Positions 9,436-18,855 of a DNA stretch of 43,610 nt are shown here, piece after piece (the first letter of the stretch is position 1; each line of letters starts with the position of its first letter). The position numbers and the translations under genes are program-made. Origin of the DNA: a virus. Lineage: Duplodnaviria; Caudoviricetes. Location of the stretch: IMG/VR virus record IMGVR_UViG_3300027828_000049, positions 1 through 43,610 of that record; one strand, given 5' to 3'. The notes beneath the pieces were generated by a model. It saw only the letters and a program-made list of their open reading frames with translations. It did no database searches and had not been told where the DNA came from.

Positions 9436-9899
9436 TGGGATTCACAATACTAGATCCTCAAGATGTTGCGCCCGGCAAGGCTGGTAAATCAGAGCACGCG
9501 TTGATTTTCTACGACAACCCAATAGCAATAGCAGCGGGCGCGGCGGGAGCTCCAAAAGTGCAAAACGCAGCAATTGCCACTGGCGCAGTGACAAACGATA
9601 AAGTCGCAAATTCCACCCTTGGTGCGGAAAAACTTCAGGCTGGACAGGATGAGGTCAACTGGGTTCTTGCTAGGGTTGCAGCGACTGCATTTGACGCTGT
9701 TGGTTCTTATGTTATGGCGCAAGCTAATGTAGGGACGGGCGGTACTGGTGGGGCTCTTGTTGCTGGATCTCAATTATTTGCTAGCGATGTCGAGGGAAAC
9801 GCCTTGGGCGGAGGGCTTAGTGGGACATGGCGCATTATGGGGTACATAAGCGGCGGTGGCCCCGACCTAAACGTAAGCTTAGTCTTGAGGGTGGCATAA
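9435..9899 (+). CDS. minor tail/short fiber protein
   Basis: DNPIAIAAGAAGAPK and LSGTWRIMG...LVLRVA tail-fiber-type C-terminus. Confidence 0.65.
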   Translation: MGFTILDPQDVAPGKAGKSEHALIFYDNPIAIAAGAAGAPKVQNAAIATGAVTNDKVANSTLGAEKLQAGQDEVNWVLARVAATAFDAVGSYVMAQANVGTGGTGGALVAGSQLFASDVEGNALGGGLSGTWRIMGYISGGGPDLNVSLVLRVA

Positions 9900-10081
9900 T
9901 GATTCAGGCGAGAAACCTAAAGTTAAACAAAAATGGCACCATAGATCTTGAATTTAATCATCATATATTTGGGTGGATACCGTTCACTGCATCCAAAAAT
10001 GACTGCGAGCCGCACGGCGTTGAGATATACCAGCGGGCAATAAATGGCGATTATGGTGAGATAAAAGAGGCATCAGAATGA
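9899..10081 (+). CDS. small tail fiber assembly-type protein (60 aa)
   Basis: ATG 9899 overlaps the upstream TAA; GWIPFTAS..D.EPHG...Y.RA..G.YGEI motif seen in genes next to tail fibers. Confidence 0.65.
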   Translation: MIQARNLKLNKNGTIDLEFNHHIFGWIPFTASKNDCEPHGVEIYQRAINGDYGEIKEASE

Positions 10082-12996
10082 AATCAGCATATCAGTTTTT
10101 CGTCTTAGATAAAGGCATTGAGCAGCCATTCTCATCGATAGAGGTTAGGCACGATGGTGACTTAGTTCCTATTTACTCAGATAAAGACGGAGCTCCAAAG
10201 GCAAACCCATTTCAAACAGGTGATGACGGTTACGCCTTGTTCTACGCAGACGCAGGCACCTACAACATCAAGGCGTCTTATTCCGGTAAATCGTTTGAGT
10301 TTGTTGATGTGCAAATCGGCACTCAAACATCAAATAACGTGGTTCAGCGTTACTATCTGACATCTGACACATCAACGGTATCAAAATCCGGCGCGATTTT
10401 TGGTGCATCAGTTTATGTTGATGGCGATTACCTACCTCCTGACAACGGTGACGGTGTAGTTAATTGGTCTATCACAAGTAACGAACTGGGCACTATTACG
10501 TTCACACCGCCAATCACGGCAAGCGTTGGTACACCTAAGACGATAACCGTTTATTGGTACTCAGAGACTAACGACGCTGTGCTTGATCTGCAGGGTGGAC
10601 TGATAACCTATTACCAAGGTCAGTTTGACGCGGCCGTTGCAGGTTGGGACGCCGACGCCGATGCATCACTAACAGCTAGAGAGTCAATCTGGGATAACTC
10701 ACTCGCACAAAAAGAGTCTGAGTTTGACATTGCAATATCAGGAATTGATGGTGTAGATATTGGGCTGTACTCAACGAACCCAACGTACACAGCTTACAAT
10801 CAGTACACAACATACGATAGGGCTGGGACAATTGAGCGCTGGTATCTAAAGCAATCTGTCCCACTTGGTTACATCGTTGACTCTGTAGCATACCCAGACC
10901 CGCAAAGTGATAGTGCAAATCTATACCCTAGCGATCAGGTTACAGAGCAGTATGTAAATGACAGGGCGTCTCTTGCAAACCTGCTTTCAAACCATAACTT
11001 CTTAATTCAAACACCTGACGATTCACAGCCGCAACCAGATGCGACACCTAGAAGCTACCCGCCGTCGTTTGAAATCTTTTCTGGCGTATTTGCCAATGAA
11101 ACAACCGGCATTACAAACCTTACTTACATTGATGGACGGTTATCATTCTCTGGCGGTGATTTTTATTTTCCCGTACCAAATTCAGGCGGCCTTGAACGAT
11201 TAACCAACTTTGTTGCGTCGGTGGCTGACTTTGACGGCAAACCACGAACTCGAGGCGTTTCTTATGCGCTTGTTGGTGATGAATACCGTATCACCGTGAC
11301 AACCGATGCGCTTGAAGATGTTAGTGCTAATCCAACCCCTTTGGGTTCTGTGAAGTTTGAGCAGGGGAGCGTGGCAACTGGGCATGGCATACAAAGGCCA
11401 TCGCCATTTAAAGTTTTCTCTTCTCTCTTTACGGATGGAACATACACAGAACTCAACGTGCATAGCACTTCTGTTGGGGATCGCATTGCTGTTGATGATT
11501 ACGCGCCCGGCAATAACTCAGGCGTATTATTTTTCAATGTTGTAGCTGATGGGACCGGCACTGCTGATGGCGGTAAGTTTGTTCAGGGTTCTGGCTTTCA
11601 ATTAGAGCAGATAATGAAGGTAGCCCCGACTGCCAAGGATTGGGGCGCGAAAGGAAACGGCGTAGATTATGATGATGCTCCTTTTGCAGCAGGGAAAAAC
11701 TATCTTAGATCTGGGCAGGAAACTAAAGAGTTAGTTATTCCAGCTTCTAAATACAAGTTTCAGAGCCAGTTTGAGTATGATATTTCTCAGCTTAGAGTAA
11801 ATGGACAATCTGCAATATTAGATTTCTCAGATGTAACATCTGGAGCTGCTGTAAGAATAACCGGGGGCAGCAGAACAATTTCTGGCGCGCCATTCCTAAA
11901 CGGTATTAACCCGCTGAGTGGAGTTGAGATAATTGGCCCTGGCAAAGCCTCTTCAGGATCTCAGGGGGTTTTGTTTGATGATGACGACATACAGGGGTCA
12001 AATGACGTTACTGTAAAAGATGTAATTATTCATGACTTTGAAACGGATCTAGTTCTGGGTGATAACGCTTACCATCTTACATTTGAGTCATGCTCGTTCT
12101 TCTTTTCTGGAACATGTGTGACAGCAGAGCAACACAGCAACGCTGGAGCAAGGACTGTATTTGATCATTGTAGATTTTTTAATTCTGATAATGGTGCGAA
12201 CCTGAAAAACGCATCATCAGGCAGCACTAGCTTTATCGGGTGTGTGATTGCTGGTATATCAACTGTTGATTTTCTTATAGAAGGCGGAAATCTTGAAGTC
12301 GCATATTGTGATATTGAGACAGGCGGCAGTCAACCATCAGATCACAGGGTTTTATGGGTTAATGGTACAACTTCATTTAGCTACATATCGTGGGATAGCA
12401 ATAATGTTGCTGTCAAGAATGCAACCACGGTGCCGGTTTTCGATATCGACTCACCTTGCTTTCTAAACATGGTAGGCGGTGAAGCGTTCATCAATGCATC
12501 AAGTACTGGTGGCGTATTTGGATCAACAGGTTCCGGTACGGGTTCAATAAACATCCTAGGCACATTCCTTGATTATGGCTCAAATCCTTTGGAGTTATTC
12601 AACGGAGCGACAATTAACGTTCACCGTTTTTTACCGAATCTGAACACGATAGTTTCAAATGCATCATATAACACCACTGGCAATATGACAGCCGCCGAGG
12701 TCAAGTCTAGCAATGGTTTGTTTACAAATGATGACTATACGGTACAAGTAACTGCACTATCAACGTGGACTAGCTTAGGTTATGCCGCTTCACAATCTGG
12801 ACTGTTAATTATTAAGGATAAAACTTCGGGAGGCATGGCTACATATCAGTGCGATGTTGGAACAGGGATTTGTATAGAAATTGCAAACAATATAACTGGG
12901 CTAACCTCTGTAGGTTACCCATCTGGTGTTTTATCTGTTCAATTGAGTAGCGGGACAATACCGAGAAACTTAAGCGTCTGCCTGGTTAGCGTATAA
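10078..12996 (+). CDS. tailspike/receptor-binding protein with a parallel beta-helix (pectate-lyase-like) domain
   Basis: 972 aa; AKDWGAKGNGVDYDD start-of-beta-helix motif near residue 518, followed by repetitive beta-helix-like strands. Confidence 0.85.
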   Translation: MKSAYQFFVLDKGIEQPFSSIEVRHDGDLVPIYSDKDGAPKANPFQTGDDGYALFYADAGTYNIKASYSGKSFEFVDVQIGTQTSNNVVQRYYLTSDTSTVSKSGAIFGASVYVDGDYLPPDNGDGVVNWSITSNELGTITFTPPITASVGTPKTITVYWYSETNDAVLDLQGGLITYYQGQFDAAVAGWDADADASLTARESIWDNSLAQKESEFDIAISGIDGVDIGLYSTNPTYTAYNQYTTYDRAGTIERWYLKQSVPLGYIVDSVAYPDPQSDSANLYPSDQVTEQYVNDRASLANLLSNHNFLIQTPDDSQPQPDATPRSYPPSFEIFSGVFANETTGITNLTYIDGRLSFSGGDFYFPVPNSGGLERLTNFVASVADFDGKPRTRGVSYALVGDEYRITVTTDALEDVSANPTPLGSVKFEQGSVATGHGIQRPSPFKVFSSLFTDGTYTELNVHSTSVGDRIAVDDYAPGNNSGVLFFNVVADGTGTADGGKFVQGSGFQLEQIMKVAPTAKDWGAKGNGVDYDDAPFAAGKNYLRSGQETKELVIPASKYKFQSQFEYDISQLRVNGQSAILDFSDVTSGAAVRITGGSRTISGAPFLNGINPLSGVEIIGPGKASSGSQGVLFDDDDIQGSNDVTVKDVIIHDFETDLVLGDNAYHLTFESCSFFFSGTCVTAEQHSNAGARTVFDHCRFFNSDNGANLKNASSGSTSFIGCVIAGISTVDFLIEGGNLEVAYCDIETGGSQPSDHRVLWVNGTTSFSYISWDSNNVAVKNATTVPVFDIDSPCFLNMVGGEAFINASSTGGVFGSTGSGTGSINILGTFLDYGSNPLELFNGATINVHRFLPNLNTIVSNASYNTTGNMTAAEVKSSNGLFTNDDYTVQVTALSTWTSLGYAASQSGLLIIKDKTSGGMATYQCDVGTGICIEIANNITGLTSVGYPSGVLSVQLSSGTIPRNLSVCLVSV

Positions 12997-12998
12997 AC

Positions 12999-13031
12999 AA
13001 AAAGCCCTCACCTCACACCGAGGGCTTTTTT
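12999..13031. terminator. bidirectional rho-independent terminator
   Basis: AAAAAGCCCTC...GAGGGCTTTTTT between convergent genes. Confidence 0.85.
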
Positions 13032-13134
13032 CATTTAAGGCTATTACCCAAAACCTGCAAACCAACAACACAATTAACCCATACGCGGCTTTCAACCATT
13101 GAATATCCGTAGTATGCACATAAAAAGCCCTACA

Positions 13135-13341
13135 TCACTTAGAGTGTCTTGTATTTCTATGCTTGCGAGTAACGTGCATTAGCTGATATTCGCCATCCTT
13201 CTCTATAACAACATGCTTTTCGTTGTCATAATCAAGCTTGAACTCATTAACAAAAAGCCTGTCCTCTCCGATAACGGGCGCAAGTCGATATGCGTTAAGC
13301 TTTAGCTCGTTCATAAGCTTTGGGATTGATGTTATTTTCAT
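13135..13341 (-). CDS. hypothetical protein
   Basis: 68 aa ORF translationally coupled to the exonuclease stop. Confidence 0.65.
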   Translation of the reverse strand: MKITSIPKLMNELKLNAYRLAPVIGEDRLFVNEFKLDYDNEKHVVIEKDGEYQLMHVTRKHRNTRHSK

Positions 13342-14000
13342 TAGAATGTTAACCCCATGTGAACCTCGTCGACCTTACCAAGAAATTTAAGAAGCACTTT
13401 ACGCGACTCGTTTATCAAGTCCTCAACATCACATCTATAAGTTCTAATAATGAATAGCCCTCTCTCATAATTTCGGTCGTCATAGCTTGCGAAGTCCCAC
13501 CATTTGACGCTGTCAGATAGAATCATAGGCCCAATAACTTGCCAGAAATATTCTCGTGGAACTTCATCGTTAAGTAAGTATTCAACATGCTTTTTACCGT
13601 TAGGGCACTTCGTTTCAAGGCCGCCAACTATAACACCGCCGACCTCGTGGATTGCATCAGGAGAAAACTTAAGGTTGCCGACCCAGTCACAAATAAGCAT
13701 TCCACACTCTGTGAATTCAATTTCTCTCTCATTTGATGCTGCCTTTATTGCGAATGGCTCAAGCTCCTTACCTCGTATCACTGCTGATGTATTAAGCTCT
13801 ACGACCTCATTTTGTGACATACGCTCAGATAGGAGCTCATACATCAGTGTGTTTTGAACCTTCTCATCGCCAAGTTTCCAGCATGATTTACGAGCATCCC
13901 ACTTAGCACCAATAGCACTTTGAAGCCTTGTTCCAGTAACCGATCCGAATCTCTCATCGTGCCATTCCAGAGAACCTTGTTCGACATTTAACTTATGCAT
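13341..14000 (-). CDS. YqaJ/lambda-Exo family exonuclease
   Basis: QGSLEWHDERFG, RGKELEP, FSPDA, LETKCP and YFWQ motifs. Confidence 0.9.
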   Translation of the reverse strand: MHKLNVEQGSLEWHDERFGSVTGTRLQSAIGAKWDARKSCWKLGDEKVQNTLMYELLSERMSQNEVVELNTSAVIRGKELEPFAIKAASNEREIEFTECGMLICDWVGNLKFSPDAIHEVGGVIVGGLETKCPNGKKHVEYLLNDEVPREYFWQVIGPMILSDSVKWWDFASYDDRNYERGLFIIRTYRCDVEDLINESRKVLLKFLGKVDEVHMGLTF

Positions 14001-14502
14001 TTAGCTTCCCCTTCATTTCATTCTTAAGTGCATTTAGCTTTGGCTTGATGTGCTTAGGTATTGCCATAAACACATTCTGAAGCATTCCAATATCAGTGCA
14101 GTCACGTAATTGCTGCTCATAACCCGACGTATCCTCTCCGACTGATGGCTTTGATTGTCGTATTCTAAGTGCCATTTGCTCTTGGCCAAAAGCTTTGACC
14201 TTTGTTGCGAAAACTTGAATGTATTGATTGCACCAACCGTCATAATTGTCGCCATACAAACTAGCAATTGTTCTGGTGTTGGTTATATTCAAAACCATAG
14301 GCGGCGCATTAAAAAACTGTATTACCGGTACCTTTTCCTTTTTCCCATTTGTGTTTCTAATTTCTTGAATTGCAACATGGTTAATCTGTGCCACTAACTC
14401 CTCGCCTTCATTAAGATTGTGAGAGCCAAGAAGCATCGTTTTGCTTTCAAACAGATTTCTCCAGTGCGTAGTCTGTGATGGCTGGTAAACTAAGTTGCTC
14501 AT
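13993..14502 (-). CDS. putative ssDNA-binding/annealing partner of the exonuclease
   Basis: Upstream of and overlapping the exonuclease gene; THWR...PMVLNITN...AFG...ALRIR; function inferred from synteny. Confidence 0.55.
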   Translation of the reverse strand: MSNLVYQPSQTTHWRNLFESKTMLLGSHNLNEGEELVAQINHVAIQEIRNTNGKKEKVPVIQFFNAPPMVLNITNTRTIASLYGDNYDGWCNQYIQVFATKVKAFGQEQMALRIRQSKPSVGEDTSGYEQQLRDCTDIGMLQNVFMAIPKHIKPKLNALKNEMKGKLNA

Positions 14503-14584
14503 ATTTAATCCCTAACTCTGTGTTGTGTGACACAATATTATGGGTTATGATTCTCTGTGTCAAGTGACGCAAGGAGATGTTTCA

Positions 14585-14746
14585 ATGAATTATGAAGAGT
14601 GGAAAGAGGCGTTTGGAGAAATGCTTGAAGACGATTGGAGACTATCAGGAACAAAGATGAGCTTTGTTAACTGGTGTAAAGATGTATGGGATAAAAGGAT
14701 GGTAGAGATACAAATAGAGGCGTATGAATACGCTAAGGGTATGTAA
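14585..14746 (+). CDS. small hypothetical protein
   Basis: ATG 14585 after AAGGAG; divergent from the exonuclease operon. Confidence 0.6.
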   Translation: MNYEEWKEAFGEMLEDDWRLSGTKMSFVNWCKDVWDKRMVEIQIEAYEYAKGM

Positions 14747-14855
14747 TGGAAATAATCAGCAGTAGAACAAACTCCCTAGCCGACGCAACCAGGTCAACGC
14801 TGGGTGATAAAACCAAGGCGGAACACATTCAATCACTACGGAGACAGGCTCAATC

Positions 14856-15416
14856 ATGGCGAACAGTAAGCGCAAGTGCGGATACTGCGGGGAAAGGAAG
14901 CCAGCAGAAACAATGCATATAGTCGGGTGTCAGGCGTTTTGCAATGTCGATCACTGGATTGAAAACCAAGTTAAGAATAAGGACAAGCTGGTTAAACAGG
15001 GACAGAAGATTCAACGTGCCGAGACGAAAAAGAAAAAGGAAAGCATCAAGACTAGAGCTCAGTGGCTTAAGGATGCGCAATGCTGGTTTAACCGATACAT
15101 CCGCCTTAGAGATAAAGGTGATCCCTGTATAAGCTGCGGCAGGCATCATCAAGGGCAATATCATGCTGGTCATTACCTTAGTGTAGGAGCTAACCCTGAA
15201 TTGCGGTTCATTGAGATCAACAATCACAAGCAATGCGCCCCATGCAATAACCACCTGTCAGGCAATATAGCAAACTACAGGCCCAGCCTGATAAGGAAGA
15301 TCGGATTAGAAAAAGTGGAATGGCTGGAAGGGCCACACGAACCAGCAAAGCACACTATCGATGACTGCAAAAAGATAATCAAAACATACAAACAGAAGTG
15401 CAAAGAGATAGACTAA
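14856..15416 (+). CDS. ninG: NinG/Rap family recombination endonuclease
   Basis: FNRYIRLRD...PCISCG...YHAGHYLSVGANPELRF...QCAPCNNHLSGN...KIGLEKVEWLEG are canonical NinG motifs. Confidence 0.92.
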   Translation: MANSKRKCGYCGERKPAETMHIVGCQAFCNVDHWIENQVKNKDKLVKQGQKIQRAETKKKKESIKTRAQWLKDAQCWFNRYIRLRDKGDPCISCGRHHQGQYHAGHYLSVGANPELRFIEINNHKQCAPCNNHLSGNIANYRPSLIRKIGLEKVEWLEGPHEPAKHTIDDCKKIIKTYKQKCKEID

Positions 15417-15422
15417 CCAACC

Positions 15423-15450
15423 AGCCGCTTATAACCTAAGCGGCTTTTTT
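15423..15450 (+). terminator. rho-independent terminator
   Basis: AGCCGCTTA-taacc-TAAGCGGCT plus T-run. Confidence 0.85.
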
Positions 15451-15476
15451 GTGCGTTTTATATTTCAAATCGTTAC

Positions 15477-15505
15477 TTGCGTTACGATTAACGTAACGCT
15501 ATAGT
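15477..15505 (+). promoter_or_regulatory. promoter with an overlapping palindromic operator
   Basis: TTGCGT, 17 bp, TATAGT; the perfect inverted repeat GCGTTACG-attaa-CGTAACGC (15479-15499) overlaps the -35 and fills the spacer. Confidence 0.75.
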
Positions 15506-15543
15506 TATTGCATCGAAACGAAATACACAACGAGGCAAACATC

Positions 15544-15744
15544 ATGACATACGCAATTATCCAGCACGGTTACGCAATATTTGGCACTGGAGAGACTTTA
15601 TTTGATGCTGTTGAGGATGCAAACTTAAACCTAGAAGCTCCAGTTGAATATGAGAATATTGAAATGCTAGAACGCTCAAGCCGCGTCGCTGGTAAAATTT
15701 ACTGGACGACAGATCAAGAAGAAATCGAATCTTATCAGGAGTAA
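15544..15744 (+). CDS. hypothetical acidic protein
   Basis: ATG 15544 after GAGG; first gene after the promoter. Confidence 0.65.
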   Translation: MTYAIIQHGYAIFGTGETLFDAVEDANLNLEAPVEYENIEMLERSSRVAGKIYWTTDQEEIESYQE

Positions 15745-15747
15745 GTA

Positions 15748-15948
15748 TTGAAGTGTTTGATGTGCCCTACTGAGCTAGGGCAGTTCGCTGGAAAGCGGAA
15801 GTATTGCTCAGAAGCTTGTAAACAAAAGGCCTATAGAGAGAGAAAAAACAATGAACTTAATGATAAAGAGCCAAGCCATAACAATGAGCAGCCGAGAGAT
15901 TGCGGAGTTGACCGGCAAGGAAAAGAAGACGATTCACAGGGATATTAA
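15748..15948 (+). CDS. small zinc-finger protein
   Basis: CLMC...YCSEACKQKAYRER; TTG start after AGGAG. Confidence 0.65.
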   Translation: MKCLMCPTELGQFAGKRKYCSEACKQKAYRERKNNELNDKEPSHNNEQPRDCGVDRQGKEDDSQGY

Positions 15949-16510
15949 GTCAATGGCCGATCAGCTTGGGTATGGTACAGATGTGTACCATGATTCAAAG
16001 TTCGGAATTACACTTAAGCATGATGGTCGCGGTTATTGCGAAATGATCTACTTAGACAGGAAGCATACTGACTGCCTTCTTACTGGGTATTCGGTAAAGG
16101 CAAGAATGAGGGTTATTGAGCGATGGCATGAGCTAGAGGGCGGTAATAAGCCAGCACTACCCCAAACATTTGCGGAAGCCCTCCAATTAGCCGCCGACCA
16201 AGCCAAGCTAATTGAAGAAGCTAAACCGAAAGTTGAGTTCCACGATACTGTAACCCAGTCTGAGCACACATACAAATACCAAGAGGCTGGCAAGAAGATA
16301 CAGCAACGCCCTAACAAGTTTGTTGCATGGCTACGTGACAATGGATATATCGACAAGCTAAATACGCCTTATCAACGGTATATAACTCAAGGCCTATTCA
16401 AGATGCACACCGGAGTTAATGGCGACACTGGCCATGAATACACGCAAGGCCGGGTAACCACGAAAGGTTTGAGTTACTTCACTAACAAGCTTGAGGGGAT
16501 AAAGCTATGA
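15851..16510 (+). CDS. Rha-family/antirepressor (Rha N-terminus plus KilAC/ANT C-terminus)
   Basis: TMSSREIAELTGK..., LLTGYS...VIERWHELE, LPQTFAEALQLAADQ, KPKVEF and VTTKG motifs. Confidence 0.85.
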   Translation: MNLMIKSQAITMSSREIAELTGKEKKTIHRDIKSMADQLGYGTDVYHDSKFGITLKHDGRGYCEMIYLDRKHTDCLLTGYSVKARMRVIERWHELEGGNKPALPQTFAEALQLAADQAKLIEEAKPKVEFHDTVTQSEHTYKYQEAGKKIQQRPNKFVAWLRDNGYIDKLNTPYQRYITQGLFKMHTGVNGDTGHEYTQGRVTTKGLSYFTNKLEGIKL

Positions 16511-16668
16511 GAGTACTAACACTAACGCAATTCAAAGCAAATCTTGATAAGGCCCATACAAAATACCGCGAAGTTCCTTGTGGTGATGTGACAAAAATAA
16601 TGATCTACGGCCTTAATGCGCCAGAAGTATGGAAGTTCAAGCAAGGTAAATACTGGGGGAGAGAATGA
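16507..16668 (+). CDS. small hypothetical protein (53 aa)
   Basis: Translated by hand (MRVLTLTQFKANLDKAH...); ATGA-coupled at both ends. Confidence 0.6.
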   Translation: MRVLTLTQFKANLDKAHTKYREVPCGDVTKIMIYGLNAPEVWKFKQGKYWGRE

Positions 16669-17042
16669 GTTGGATGAACGCAGATCAGCGCCGTATATGC
16701 CTATTCATCATAAGGCACCCATTATGGCCAATAGAACAATACTCAATTCATCTACGTGTGACTGAGCGACAGGTTGTTAAAGCATACCAAATGCTGAACA
16801 TGGACCCATGCACCAAGCCAAAGAGCTGCATAGGCATCACATTAATGACAGGCAGTGAGTATTCAGAGGTAACAAAGGCTCTAAGAAACATAGCTAACGG
16901 GTTTGGTGCGAAGTTCAAGCAATGCCCAGAGTCTGTTATGTGGTCAATGATTAAGGGTGACACAGAAATAACCGAACGATTACGGATTGGCGACTGGAAG
17001 AATATTTACGATAAAGGCCAAGTTTTAGAGGTAATGCGATGA
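16665..17042 (+). CDS. hypothetical protein
   Basis: 125 aa ORF in a coupled operon. Confidence 0.65.
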   Translation: MSWMNADQRRICLFIIRHPLWPIEQYSIHLRVTERQVVKAYQMLNMDPCTKPKSCIGITLMTGSEYSEVTKALRNIANGFGAKFKQCPESVMWSMIKGDTEITERLRIGDWKNIYDKGQVLEVMR

Positions 17043-17368
17043 GTGAATATGAGCAGCTAATGAACTCCGCCGCTAAATTATTCATGACGGACACATTCGA
17101 CAATATGCGGCAAATCAACCAGGCATTCGTAAGTTACATTCAGAACAGGGTCGATTGTTACTCCAGAGAGGCAATAAGACACGATTCAGTTCAATGCCTA
17201 AAGGTGGTCACATCTGGCAGGGTGTGGAATGACAGGAAAGGCCGAATAAAGCACGACCACGCCGAACTTGAGGAGATACGCCGAGTTACAAAGGATACAC
17301 AGAGGTCAAGCGATACAGATACAACCGAGTTAGTTAACTATTTACGAAGCATTAAAGGGGTAAGATGA
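17039..17368 (+). CDS. hypothetical protein
   Basis: 109 aa ORF, ATGA-coupled. Confidence 0.65.
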   Translation: MSEYEQLMNSAAKLFMTDTFDNMRQINQAFVSYIQNRVDCYSREAIRHDSVQCLKVVTSGRVWNDRKGRIKHDHAELEEIRRVTKDTQRSSDTDTTELVNYLRSIKGVR

Positions 17369-17961
17369 TGAGTTTAAATAAAATGTTTGATGAGTTTAAC
17401 GAGCTGTATGGGCTAACAAAAAAGCCAGTTAATCACGATCTTAATTCAATGTACAAACTAATTAGCGATGAGGTTGAAGAGCTTAGTTTTGATATAGATT
17501 TTGATAAAGGTTCAGATTGCATCATAAAAGAGGCCATCGACACTATTTATATCACCTGCCAACAGCTACGCGAGCGCGGCGTAAACGTCGAAGCAGCGCT
17601 CGCGGAGGTTCACAGGAGCAATATGAGCAAGCAAGTTCTTTGGTCATCCAGCTCAGAGCTTGAGACGGCAAAGCGTCGATACCCTAACGCAGAGCTTGTT
17701 GAGAACGGAGAAATCCTTGTGATGAAATGCGCCGACACTGGAAAAGTAATTAAACCAACCACATATTCACCGGCGGTAATAACTCCTGAAATGTGGAGTG
17801 ATACTGATATCTCGCAGGAGCCAGTAGAGGTTGTAAAGGATGATTTCGCAGGGTTTAGGTGTGCAGCATGTAATGGCGGAATTCTTATAGGTAGAGTTAA
17901 GACTGATGACAATAAAGATCCGTACATGTGCGACAAGTGCGGCGAAACATTCCCATTTTAA
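17365..17961 (+). CDS. MazG-like NTP pyrophosphohydrolase with a C-terminal Zn ribbon
   Basis: LISDEVEEL...KEAIDTIYI...EVHRSNMSK...GKVIKP motif; C-terminal CAAC...CDKC. Confidence 0.75.
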   Translation: MMSLNKMFDEFNELYGLTKKPVNHDLNSMYKLISDEVEELSFDIDFDKGSDCIIKEAIDTIYITCQQLRERGVNVEAALAEVHRSNMSKQVLWSSSSELETAKRRYPNAELVENGEILVMKCADTGKVIKPTTYSPAVITPEMWSDTDISQEPVEVVKDDFAGFRCAACNGGILIGRVKTDDNKDPYMCDKCGETFPF

Positions 17962-18007
17962 TTGATGTGTCGATATTGTTTTAAGTGATGTTTATTAGGA
18001 GTGAGAG

Positions 18008-18199
18008 ATGAGTGACCTAAAAGGAAAAGTAATTGATGTGATCTGGTCATGCAATACAAAAGAACAGCTAGAAAATGCTATTACCTACTCTAGGTTAGCT
18101 ATAAACGCAGCGAAATCATTCCAAAAAATGGAATGGCTTATAACATTTGAACGAACTATAGCAATAACTCAATATAGATTAAGAGCTGAAGCCAAATAA
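18008..18199 (+). CDS. hypothetical protein
   Basis: 63 aa ORF with RBS AGGAG. Confidence 0.65.
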   Translation: MSDLKGKVIDVIWSCNTKEQLENAITYSRLAINAAKSFQKMEWLITFERTIAITQYRLRAEAK

Positions 18200-18232
18200 C
18201 CAGAGGCGTTAACGCGCCTAATAAGGATAACT

Positions 18233-18409
18233 ATGTGGACAACCACTGAAGAAAATAAACTAATCGGCATAATGGGTGATATGACAATTTCCCAGATAGC
18301 AGAAGCTATGGGCCGAACATACTGGAGTATTAGCTACAAACTAAAAGAGCTAAAATCTCGAGGTGTGATCGAACGTAAACCGTACTTCAGAAAAGACATG
18401 GTGTTCTAA
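18233..18409 (+). CDS. small helix-turn-helix protein (58 aa)
   Basis: Translated by hand: MWTTTEENKLIGIMGDMTISQIAEAMGRTYWSISYKLKEL; RBS AAGGA. Confidence 0.7.
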   Translation: MWTTTEENKLIGIMGDMTISQIAEAMGRTYWSISYKLKELKSRGVIERKPYFRKDMVF

Positions 18410-18855
18410 TGATTGATTACGCAGCCCAAAACGCCCTAGCATCGATAGCCAGATGCTGCATAAGTGAAATCGCAGTACTCAGGAAGACATCAAAGAAGCG
18501 CGTCAGCTCATCCGAAATATCAGGGGTAATAAGCAGTAAGTCAGATACATTAAAGTGCCTAGGTGTTGATACGCAGGCACTCAAGCATGAAATAGCAAAG
18601 CAGTCCGGCGTATTAAAAGAACGCGAACCCAAGTCATACGAGAAAAGCACAAAGGACGGATGGGTTGTTTACGAAGATTGCCAGGAACTACGTGACAAGC
18701 TCGATGCTCACAACCACAAAATCAAGCGTGTATCCGACATGTTGAGCTCTGGCATGACTATCAAGCAGACAGCTGAGGCTATGGCGCCATCGCCGGAATG
18801 GATTAACTACTGGCGTGAGCGGATAGTTGAGCTAAGTAACAAAGGAGTGGTTTAG
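18409..18855 (+). CDS. hypothetical protein
   Basis: 148 aa ORF coupled to the upstream gene. Confidence 0.65.
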   Translation: MIDYAAQNALASIARCCISEIAVLRKTSKKRVSSSEISGVISSKSDTLKCLGVDTQALKHEIAKQSGVLKEREPKSYEKSTKDGWVVYEDCQELRDKLDAHNHKIKRVSDMLSSGMTIKQTAEAMAPSPEWINYWRERIVELSNKGVV

